This document shows positions 10,854 to 21,193 of a stretch of DNA of 64,000 nucleotides, one piece after another. The stretch spans positions 86,924,001-86,988,000 of the forward strand of contig OX597820.1 of assembly GCA_951406725.2 (NCBI GenBank). Reading direction: 5' to 3'. The translations under genes and the position numbers were made by a program. Source of the DNA: Octopus vulgaris. Lineage: Eukaryota. The first letter of the stretch is position 1. Each line of letters opens with the position of its first letter. Below the pieces are notes generated by a model, which searched no databases, had not been told where the DNA came from, and was given only the letters and a program-made list of their open reading frames with translations.

Positions 10854-13800
10854 TCAAATATAGATAGTTTTGGAAAGTTTTTTCGGCCAGTGAACAGTTC
10901 TGCCTGACCTCGTAACATAAGGTCTGTTCGAGGCAGGCTGCGACGACGAAGGTGGTGTTGTCGATGTTGGTGTTGATAATGGTGCATGTGTAAATAGTGG
11001 TGTTGTCAAAGGTGCATGTGAAGGTTCAACGATGGTTGTGGCAGTGGGGTCATTAAAAGATGTGGACACCTCAAAATATGCCCTTTTAAGACGATCTACG
11101 GAGACGGTCTCCGAACGACCGTTAATTTCAAGTTTGAATACCTTCGGCGTGCGAGAAATCACACGAAAAGGTCCTTTATAAGGAGAAACAAGAGGTCCTT
11201 TGACAGAATCATCACGAATAAAAACATGCGTCCAAGAATTAAGGTCTGATGGCACACTAGAAGGAGGATTTTGGTGTCGAGGGTCCATAGGAGGAAGGGC
11301 AGAAAAATATCTGCGTAATCGAGCAACATAAGACTCCAAATTAAGAGACTGTGACTTGTCTGGCACCAACATCGTACCAGGCAATGCCAGTGTGGTACCA
11401 TACAAGAGCTCGGCAGACGAAAAACCAAGGTCTGCTTTAATCGCAGTCCGACATCCAAGCAGGACGATCGGTAGAAATTCAGTCCATGACTGTGGATTCG
11501 GCGAGGCACGCAAAGCGGCCTTAAGTTGCCTATGGAAACGCTCCACCATCCCATTAGAAGCGGGGTGGTAACTTGTGTGCGTATATGATGCATCCCCAGG
11601 ATTCGTGATAACTCACGAAACAATGCAGACTCGAATTGTCGACCACGATCTGTGGTTAAACTGTACGGTACACCATACCTCGAAATCCAATTAGATACGA
11701 AAGCCCTCGCAACAGTTTCAGCTGAAATGTCTGCTATAGGAATAGCTTCCGGCCAGCGTGAAAAACGATCAATACAAGTTAAAATGTATGAGAACCCGCG
11801 ACTCACAGGCCATGGTCCAACCAAATCAAGGTGGATATGGCGAAAACGGGCTTCAGGAGAGGAAAATTGTCCAAGTGGAGCACGAACGTGTCTATGGACT
11901 TTATCACTCTGGCACCTCAAACAAGAGCGTGCCCAAGAGGTAATTGATCGTCGCATATTGGGCCAGAAGAACCGAGCAGTAACAAGCTTTACTGTGGCAG
12001 AGATACCTGGATGTGACAGTGAATGAAGAGCATCAAACACAGAACGTTGATGTTTCTCAGGTACTAATGGTCTAGGTGAACCGGTAGAAACGTCACAAAG
12101 AATAGAGCCTTCCGCTGTCGGGAGCGGAAGGTAGTCAAACTTACAGTTAATAAACTTAGGCGAAGTTAAATCCAACTCCTCTAAAGGTGGTTGATCCTGC
12201 GAAATAGCAGTTAAATCAATTGCTGCAGGAGAGGAAATGGAATTGACAGGGAGTCTAGAGAGAGCATCTGCAGGGACGTTCTCACTGCCTGGCACATGCC
12301 TAATGTCACTTGTAAATTGAGAAATATAGTCCAGGTGACGGAAAGCACGAGGAGAGAGTTTATCCGTTTTAGAAGATAAAGCAAAAGTAAGGGGCTTGTG
12401 ATCAGTATAAATCACAAACTCTCGTCCCTCGAGCTGGTGTTGAAAATGCCGAACTGACAGATAGATCGCTAGTAACTCTCGATCAAAGGTACTATATCTG
12501 CGTTCAGCTGGCTTTAGCTGACAAGAAAAGAAAGCTAAAGGTTTAACTTCACCCTCTACGGTGTGCTGCAAAACAGCGCCAATTGCAGACTCTGATGCGT
12601 CCACAGATAAAGTAAGTGGAGAATTAGGAGCCGGATGTGCCAAAATAGGGACTGAAGCTAGTTCCTTTTTAACCAACTCAAAGGCAGACAGTGCTTCAGC
12701 CGAAAGAGTCAGACGGGCGTCCTTCTTGGAATTGCCCTTTAGCATTTGTGTTAAAGGTAACAACTTGTCCGCACACCGATCTATGAAACGTCTATAGAAA
12801 TTTACTATGCCTAAAAAATGGCGAAGTTGACGCAAAGAAGAAGGTGGTGCGATGCGCTGAATAGCATCGACTTTGGATGGGAGTGGTTTGATTCCTCTCG
12901 AGTCAATATAATGACCGAGAAAATTAAGAGATGGTTGCCCAAAAACACACTTGTCTGGATTAATGCGAACACCATAGTCGCGAAGACGCTGAAAAAGCTG
13001 AGACAAGTGCAGGAGATGATTTTCATGCGTATCACTTGCGATTAGAATGTCATCGACATACGCGAACACAAAATCCAGTCCGCGAACAACTTCATCTATA
13101 AACCGTTGGAAAGTACTAGTGGCATTCCTCAAACCAAAACTCATAAATAAAAATTCAAAACAGCCAAAAGGAGTAGTAATTGCTGTTTTAGGAATATCGT
13201 CTGAGTTGACCGGTATTTGATGGTAGGCACGTATCAGGTCAACCTTAGAAAAAATAGTACAGCCATGTAAATTTGCCGAAAAATCGTTTAAAATCCTTAT
13301 GGGATATTTGTCTGGAATCGTCACCGAATTTAGACGCCGATAATCTCCCACCGGGCGAAAATCTGTATCCCCTTTTCTTACTAAATGAAGGGGAGATGCC
13401 CATGGACTGGTGGATGGGCGTATCAGACCGAGCTGGAGCATATGCTCAAACTCAGCCCTAGCAGTTTTAAGTCGATCAGGTACAAGACGCCTTGGACGTG
13501 AAAAAACAGGAGGTCCAGTTGTTGTTATAAAGTGTCGTGTCGAATGCAATGGCTTAGCCACCCTAAAGGTAACATCATATAGCTCTGGAAAAGAAGCTAA
13601 AAGAGAGTGAAAAACATCTCCAGATGTACCGACAAAAAATGTCGGGCTAAGAGCTAAATTGGTAGATTCTCCGGTCGGCGTGGAGAGTGTAGTCGAACTA
13701 TCGACCAACCTCCGACGTCTGACATCTACCAACAAGTCAAATTTATCCAGAAAATCCGCACCTAAAATAGGATGCGGAATGTCGGCAATGACAAAAACCC

Positions 13801-14044
13801 ATCGAAAGTCTCGTCGAAGACCAATATCAAGGCGCAACGACATCTGACCGAATGTGGCTATTGGTGACGAGTCAATAGCGTGCAAGATGACGTTAGATCG
13901 CTTTGGCCTGTCAGTTGTGCAACGCAGAGGCCAAATACTGCAACAAGAACCAGTGTCTACCATGAAGTTTTTCTTCGACACTAGATCTTTAACAAAGAAT
14001 GCACGATAACCAGAAAATGTTGTGGAGGAAGTTGACGTGCTCAA
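10854..14044 (-). pseudogene. pol: pol polyprotein (protease, RT, RNase H, integrase) with one frameshift near 11575
   Basis: VDTGS protease; YVDD RT; DAS..ELLAI..TDHK..ADALSR RNase H; HSLSHPG..CLRC, HLDLVG, TDRG, VERFHR integrase; PYKGPF GPY/F motif; adding 1 nt restores RTTSYHPASNGMVER joining ORFs 11159-14044 and 10854-11549. Confidence 0.95.
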
Positions 14045-14055
14045 ATTCCCCGAAT

Positions 14056-14483
14056 CTAGTTTAAGGACTTATAAGTGCATGGCTGTGTGCACCTATGTGC
14101 ATTCTCTCCATACTTGGAGTGGTACCAACACAGTCCAGACTTAGACTGTGTTGATCTCGAGGATGAACGACTTCGACTCCGCGATTTTGAAGATCGCTTA
14201 CCATCGCGACACATCGCGTCCATCCTTTTAGTGAGGGTTTCTATTAGTTTAGAAAGCCCCTCAATTCAGGCCGAAGAAGTTTGTGAACAGGCACAAACAG
14301 ACCGTGACGATGGTTGAACGGCAAATTCAACCATCTTATCAGCCATCGTTGCTATTTGGTCCACTGTATTTGTCTCTAAGCCGGCTGCTCGGGAGTAATA
14401 CTTTGTGCACGAAATTGTGCCTCTAACTGTGAAAACCACAGTGTGGCATCACCTGTAAAAGTAGGTAACGAACCCATAAACAT
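14056..14483 (-). pseudogene. gag: gag, internally deleted and with a premature stop
   Basis: MFMGSLPTFTGDATLWFSQLEAQFRAQSITPEQ joined out of frame (~14387) to VDQIATMADKM...; TGA at 14266-14268; SR-rich tract then CWYHSKYGENAHRCTQPC (Cx2Hx9Cx3C). Confidence 0.9.
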
Positions 14484-14916
14484 TTTGTAGCCTTTATTCA
14501 CTAGATGACTCTGTCAAATGGAAAAAAGAAAACTGACAACGAACCAACGCTGAACAGACGCAACAAGGAAAAACAAAGGGAAAAAAAGAAAGGAAGAAAG
14601 AAAGAAAGACCAACAATTGAACCAATAAATTTTGAATGTGCAATTTACAAAAAAAAAAATGTTTTTTTTTTTTTTTTTTTTTTGTACTGTGTGCACAGAG
14701 AATAGAAAAAAATTCTTTTCTTTTTTTTTGTTTTTTACCAACCTTCGTCGCGTTTTAATCGAGAAAAAAAAATTTTCTCTTTTTTTTTTTTCTTCCGTGC
14801 ATGAGTGCAGATGAAGAAACAAACTGTTGAAAGGGACTGGAAAACAGGTTGGTCGTGTTTCATACTTGGCAGAAAAACTGGATTTTTTTTCTTTTTGTTG
14901 AGTGTTCTCTGGAACT

Positions 14917-14928
14917 TCGGGGTCACCA
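14917..14928 (-). other. Primer-binding site, tRNA-Trp
   Basis: TGGTGACCCCGA 1 nt from the 5' LTR; equals the first 12 nt of the known tRNA-Trp PBS TGGTGACCCCGACGTGAT. Confidence 0.85.
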
Positions 14929-14929
14929 C

Positions 14930-15506
14930 TCTAAGGAATATGTGAATATCTCCGCTTGCACTTTTGGGGTGCAAGTTGGTGCAATCACTTTCCGTTGCTT
15001 TTATATCCAGACTCTACCAGTCAAAGAAACACAAAACGCAGACGTAAAAAATAGATATACTTTATTGTTTTATACCGGTGAGAAATCAGTGGTATATCTG
15101 ATGTCCTTGGTTCTGGGCGCGCAAGACTGAAAGTTAATCGATTGTAATATTTACAATGTTCAGCCGCCAAAAACAGAACGGGTCAAAAATGGCGTCCGGG
15201 TGAAGAAGATGATTTGACTGCAACAATTCAGGTTAAAAGTCTTCGGCCAAAAGACTGCTGCTATCAAAACCGGAGAGAGAGCGAATTAAACGTCTGCTTT
15301 GGTGAAATGCCTGCCGCTGTCTGTCTGACGCTAATGGTCAACGCTTTACGCTCCCTTGCCTCTTTGTTAAGGCTCACGCTCCCTTGCTAAGGCCACGTCA
15401 GCAAGGCCACGTCAGCTAAGGCCACGTCAGCAAAATTCCCTCTTTCGGACTTCGTGTATTCGCGAGAGGGCGTTGCGCGGGCGCGCTGTTGTATAGGATC
15501 ACTACA
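14930..15506 (-). repeat. 5' LTR
   Basis: Direct repeat of 10068-10644; internal end reads GA instead of CA. Confidence 0.97.
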
Positions 15507-15524
15507 ATACTATTACTATTTACT

Positions 15525-15721
15525 ATTTTACTTGTTTCAGTCAGTTGAGTGTGGCCATGCTGGAGCACCGCCTTTAGTCGAGCAAATCGACCCCAGGACT
15601 TATTCTTTGTAAGCCTAGTACTTATTTTATCGGTCTCTTTTGCCGAACCGCTAAGTTACTGGGACGTAAACACATCAGCATCGGTTGTCAAGCGATGTTG
15701 GGGGACAAATACAGACACACA

Positions 15722-15773
<52 letters not shown>

Positions 15774-15892
15774 TACGACGGGCTTCTTTCAGTTTCCGTC
15801 TACCAAATCCACTGACAAGGCTTTGGTCGGTCCGAGGCTATAGTAGAAGATACTTGCCCAAGGTGCCACGCAGTGGGACTGAACCCGGAACC
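15525..15892 (-). mobile_element. SINE family B with internal microsatellite
   Basis: ttttacttgtttcagtc...(CA)(TA)n...cgacgggcttctttcagtttcc...gggactgaacccggaacc. Confidence 0.85.
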
Positions 15893-16143
15893 ATTCATTC
15901 AAATTTAAAAAAAAAACAAAAAAAAAACAATAAGCAAAAGTTGTAGAGGAAGAACAGAGCAAAAGAAAAAAAACCCATTAAACTCTTGATGAAGGTATTT
16001 TACGTGTTAAGTCAAATAGCAGTGGAAAGAAACGAACGAATTTATCTGACAATCTAATATGTACATTTTGTTGCTCATACAAGCCTATTGCTGATAACAC
16101 TCTGTAACAAAATTTTTATTTTACGTCTTTGGTCAGAAAGAGT

Positions 16144-16288
16144 TATAAGGTTGTCCCAAAAGTTCGTAGAAAGTCTTGGAAAATAATGGTCTTTATTTTG
16201 AGGAATAATTTTTGTTGCTTTTGTTAGTACTTGGCGAGTAAAAATTCAATTTTCGCAAGTGTTTACGAACTTTTGGGACAACCTAATA
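16144..16288. mobile_element. Tc1/mariner MITE
   Basis: TIRs aggttgtcccaaaagttcgta / tacgaacttttgggacaacct with TA flanks. Confidence 0.85.
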
Positions 16289-16677
16289 TTTCCTATTTGC
16301 TTCTATTTAGAAATAAAAAGAAATGACAACTATTCCCTTCAAACTTTGCTTTTGTGACCCGGACATCACCGTTTTGAAACTGATGTATTCTCTATTACAT
16401 TTCAGATAAATTCAGTATTGAGTTGCTGAAGCAGAAATATCGTATAGCAAATATTCTGCTCAATACAACAGATTTTCTTGTTAGTTGCCTGACCGTAACC
16501 ACTTGAGCATGTCCCTTAGCGGCTGACAATATGTGCATCTCTGATCATGAGCAAGAGTAGTGGGGGATAAATGTAACAAAAACAACGTTTGAAGGAAATA
16601 TTAGCCATATTTGATATTTTCTAAGCAAATAGGAAATAATAGTTACTACCCACGAACAAAAATCGTGTTACACAGTG
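16288..16677. mobile_element. Non-autonomous DNA-transposon-like repeat (MITE family also at 35152-35930 and 59310-59576)
   Basis: Imperfect inverted ends atttcctatttgc / gcaaataggaaat; shared core cttgagcatgtcccttag.ggctgacaatatgtgcatctctga. Confidence 0.65.
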
Positions 16678-16717
16678 TAATGTTTGAGAATGTTTAACAG
16701 TATATTACATTTTAAGT

Positions 16718-17103
16718 GGAAGCACTCCGTCGGTTACGACGGCGAGGGTTCCGGTTGATCCGAATCAACGGAACAGCCTGCTCGTGAAATTAACGTGTAA
16801 GTGGCTGAGCACTCCACAGACACGTGCACCCTTAACGTAGTTCTCGGGGATATTCAGCGTGACACAGAGAGTGACAAGGCCGGCCCCCTTGAAATACAGC
16901 TACAACAGAAACAGGAAGTAAGAGTGAGAGAAAGTTGTGGTGAAAGAGTACAGCAGGGATCACCACCATCCCCTGCCGGAGCCTTGTGGAACTTTTAGGT
17001 GTTTTCGCTCAATAAACACTCACAACGCCCGGTCTGGGAATCGAAACCGCGATTCTATGACCGCGAGTCCGCTGCCCTAACCACTGGGCCATTGCGCCTC
17101 CAC
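16718..17103 (-). mobile_element. SINE family C, full length
   Basis: tRNA head gtggaggcgcaatggcccagtggttaggg...ggtttcgattccc; 23-bp TSD (1 mismatch) at 16695-16717 and 17104-17126. Confidence 0.9.
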
Positions 17104-17265
17104 TAACAGTATATTACATATTAAGTAAAGCTGTAATAAACCAAGTTTTACAGTCTCTTTGATGCAGACTGTAGAGTTAATTACATGATTTGTATTTTTA
17201 TTTGCCTGTTCTGGTATTTATCCTGCTTTAGTGCACAATCGGTTTATTTTGATATCGATATGACT

Positions 17266-17607
17266 GAGGAGGAGACCCTCTTCGGTCATGAATGACCATG
17301 GGGTTGCACCTAGAAGGTTACACTCCGAGGTACAAGTCCGGGCAAGGTTGTTTATGGAAGGCCAGCAGTCGCCCATGCATACCAGCCTCCTCTCTCCACA
17401 CCACTGATGTTATCCAAGGGAAAGGCAAAGGCCAATACAGCTTGGCACCAGTGATGTCGCAACTCATTTCTACAGTTGAGTGAACTGGAGCAAAGTGAAA
17501 TAAAGTGTTTTGCTCAAGAACACAACACGCAGCCCGGTCCGGGAGTCGAACTCACAACATCACGATCGTAAGCTCAACGCTCTAACCACTGAGCCATGCG
17601 CTTTCAC
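17266..17607 (-). mobile_element. V-domain-like SINE with distinct (possibly RTE-type) tail
   Basis: tRNA head; gtgttcttgagcaaaacactttatttcac central motif; tail differs from families C and D. Confidence 0.75.
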
Positions 17608-18515
17608 CGATATCACTGAACTGTTTCTTTAATCCGCTCCATCTGATAATGAAAAGCTATCTGCCATTAGCTGGGTGCTGAAGACACTGTTTCCTGCTAG
17701 AAAGAAGACGAAGGTAGGTAGCGAGGTTCGAATTCAGAGTGTAGAGTATTGGAACAAAGATTGCGCCACAGTTTATCTCATGCTGTAACGACTCTGCCTA
17801 TCAAGCGCCTCAATAGCATTACTTATTCTTATACTACTTCCAGTACACGGACTGTGGTCATGCTGGGGCACTGCCGCCATTACGTATGTAATAACCTAAA
17901 TTCCAATCTTGATATTTTCCTTCTAATATCTTTTCGTTGCAAAGATAGCGGTTGTTCAAACACATTTCTTGTTGAAAGGATTGACCATATAAATTGCAAA
18001 ACTGCTGATAGGTCGCTTTCTGAAATTAATCGAGATATAAAGGACCCACCCCCGTCGCCGTCGCCGTCATCATCATCATGTGTTTTACGTCTGCCCTCCA
18101 TGCTGGTATAAGAAGGACGGGCTGTCTTGGTTTGAGTCAATTTCTACTCAAAGTTATTGTCCTCCCCAAAAGATTGGAGGTTTATATTTTGCTTGTCTGA
18201 CTGTATCCCCTTCCTAAAACCAAACACTTTACAGAATGTACTAGAGAGCATTTATCGTTGCACAAACACGAGAGAGCTTGTCATGTCTTTGGCAAGAGTA
18301 AAGAAATGTCTGCTTAGAAGGTAAACATAATTGGGTGGGTGAATAGAAGAAAAAGTAATAACAAGGAAGGTAAAAAGAATGAGAGAGAGAGAGAGAAGAG
18401 GGAGAGGGAGAGAGTATGGCTATGAGTGTGATGGAGGGAAACTGAGTAAGAGGAGTGGGCAGATGTAAGGGAGGGAGTCATGGAAGAGAGACAGTGACAG
18501 GTTACAAACAACTGA

Positions 18516-18894
18516 GTGGAGGCGCAATGGCCCAGTGGTTAGGGCAGCGGACTCGCGGTCATAGGATCGCGGTTTCGATTCCCAGACCGGGCGTTGTGAG
18601 TGTTTATTGAGCGAAAACACCTAAAAACTCCACGAGGCTCCGGCAAGGGATAGTGGTGATCCTTGCTGTACTCTTTCACCACAACTTTCTCTCACTCTTA
18701 CTTCCTGTTTCTGTTGTAGCTGTATTTCAAAGGTCCGGCCTTGTCACTCTCTGTGTCACGCTGAATATCCCCGAGAACTACGTTAAGGGTACACGTGTCT
18801 GTGGAGTGCTCAGCCACTTACACGTTAATTTCACGAGCAGGCTGTTGATTCGGATCAACCGGGTCCCTCGTCGTCGTAACCGACGGAGTGCTTC
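18516..18894 (+). mobile_element. SINE family C, full length
   Basis: Inverted relative to 16718-17103; 13-bp TSD taca(a/t)acaactga at 18503-18515 and 18895-18907. Confidence 0.9.
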
Positions 18895-18929
18895 TACATA
18901 CAACTGAAGTACACTTCTTTATAATAACT

Positions 18930-19660
18930 GTCATTTGCCATATGCATTACATGCATTCACCAGTGCAGTCTTCTCTTTTACACACTAAACCTGATTCCTC
19001 TTACATCCAGCTTTTTTCTCAATCCATTTGTGTTCCATCGTCCGTGTATACGGACATTACACATCTAGTCTGATTACTTCATTTCTTTCTAACGATCTCA
19101 AATTTCCCGCATTCAAGACCCATGTCTTACCACAATGTAGTATCTAATTTCATACACAGGTGACATACAATTTACTTTTTTCTCATAGAGTGAAACTTTA
19201 TTACCAGCAGAGGTTATAGCTCCGTAAACTTCTCCTTTCTGTTGCACTGTTTATTAGGTCACCTCGGTAACAAAAGATATTAACTACTTCTAATTAGCTT
19301 TCTGAGTATTTGAAAGAATTTATTTCCCATAAATTCCTACTATCAACTACTCTGTGTGTCTGCCACTTTCGAAGTTTATCTTCCATGTCAGTTTACCTTT
19401 GATCTCACAATACCTCTTGTGCAGCTATAGAACGTCAACTTAGACCTTTTCAACACGTTGAGCACACCCCTTTCCTTGATGGTAGTAGAATCCCGTATTA
19501 TCTCTTACTTATTAAAACTCTAGTATTTGCTAAGTTCACTTTGAGACCTCTCGATTCTAGATTTATACTGCTAATTTCGGAAATTCTCTAAGTTTCTACT
19601 GTTCCAGCTATAAGGAAAGATCATCAGCATATACTAATCCTCATAACTGGTCGGTCTTAA
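18930..19660 (-). pseudogene. RTE-clade LINE RT/C-terminal relic
   Basis: GLVYADDL at ~19620-19640, SRGLKVN, and ILHCGKTWVL...LRKKLDVRGI...RRLHW..HVMHM. Confidence 0.75.
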
Positions 19661-20070
19661 ACTTCCTTGGTGTTTAACAATACCAAAGAGCACTTTCTCC
19701 CTTCGGAGCACAATCAAGACAGGATCAGTTTGATTGTGTTTGTGGCGGCCCTATATTTTCTTTACCATTCTTTGGTGTTCATGTAACACTAGATGGGTCA
19801 AAACGTTTGGAATTTAGAAATCAAATCCATCATTGTTCACTCCCTTAAATGGAAAATCCTGGTTGTGAGATCATTGATGTGAATATATGTTTAACGTGTA
19901 AGATTCGTTAATAGAAGAGAAAACTACATTTTGGTGTGACTATAATTTGAACTCGCACCAACAAGATTTATTTCCCACTTAAATTAAATGAATTTAAAAA
20001 AGGAAAAACCAGGCGAGGGGAAGTAAGGGTGAGTAACAATATGAAAGAAAGAGAGGGGGAGAGAAGTTAG

Positions 20071-20112
<42 letters not shown>

Positions 20113-21193
20113 AAAAGAAAGAAAGAGAGAGAAAGAAAACGAGAGAGAGAAAGCGAAAGCGAGAGGGAGAGAGAGGGGGAGGGAGAGAGAGAAACTTGAA
20201 GCAGAAAAATTCTAATGAAAAATAGGAAGTGGGGCAGAATAGTAAAACAGATTTTGCATTGTGGTGGAAGCAGAGAAAGGCGATAGCTACATAGAAAAGA
20301 AAGAGGAAAGATAAGCTGGACACACACACACACACGCACACACACACGCACACACACACGCACACACACACGCACAAATATATAATAAATCATATTTATA
20401 CGTTTGGAATATTGTAGGGCAGTTTTTAATAGCTGTTAGACGATATATATATATTGGAGGTTTCACAAGCATCTACACTAAACAGGTTGACATTTGCTAC
20501 TTTTATATACCAGCTCCAGTCCACAATATTTAGAAAGCCATAGCATTTGTTTGTGATATTTTCGCAGGAATTCTTTGTTCAGAGTCTTGTAAAGCTAGTG
20601 ACAGGTCAAGAAGATGCGTTGCCTCATGAAATAATTCTGTCACTGAATTTGTAAATGTTAAGTCTGTCACAGAAAGAAGCTGAAATATATAAATATTTTA
20701 CATTTATTTAAAAAGCTGACTACTTTCATTCCTCCAGTATAGAAATGGATGGTCTTTAACTGTAAGTGACAACTTACAATGTTTGATAAATCACTAAACA
20801 AGAGTCGGTGAACTTGACTTAACCAAAGCTTCAGGGTGTTGTGTCACTTACAACAGTTTCGTATATATATGGCTGCTAGCTGTATTAATATCTAGCAGTG
20901 AAAACGTATTTTTCTTCTCGCTACTAGCTTAGGTATTCAACTTCAGAAAGTGCTGACATGCCTACTGATCTTCCACAATTGTTTTCTTCCAAGAGAAAAC
21001 GTTTCAATAGATTGAAATCTGATAGTACACCGAACTGATGTGAAATAGAAATGCCATGTTTGTCTGAACAGCCACTACACTCTAGTTGTTCAGATATGAA
21101 ATGTATATTTTAAAGTATTGAGTTTGTAGTTTCACTACTGCATACTGGTTTGTACTCACATATTTCCTTTAATTCCAACAAATGCACAGATGA

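Larger units (their letters stand above)
10068..15506 (-). mobile_element. Ty3/Gypsy LTR retrotransposon, CsRn1/Kabuki-like clade, full-length defective copy
   Basis: Two 577-bp LTRs, outer TG...CA termini, 4-bp TSD ATAC (10064-10067, 15507-15510), Trp PBS, PPT, gag CHCC motif, pol order PR-RT-RH-IN. Confidence 0.97.

Noticed and set aside
10854-11060. Chromodomain or env after integrase
   Set aside because: Only a P/T/S-rich tail and the TRSGR motif; no chromodomain or env ORF before the PPT
11356-14317. Plus-strand ORFs over the Gypsy element
   Set aside because: Antisense shadows of gag/pol with no recognisable motifs
18516-18590. tRNA gene-like sequences at SINE heads
   Set aside because: Continue into SINE bodies with TSDs; not bona fide tRNA genes
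20430-21130. Cys-containing coding-like stretch on the minus strand
   Set aside because: Multiple stops and no motif I can name with confidence; needs a translated search
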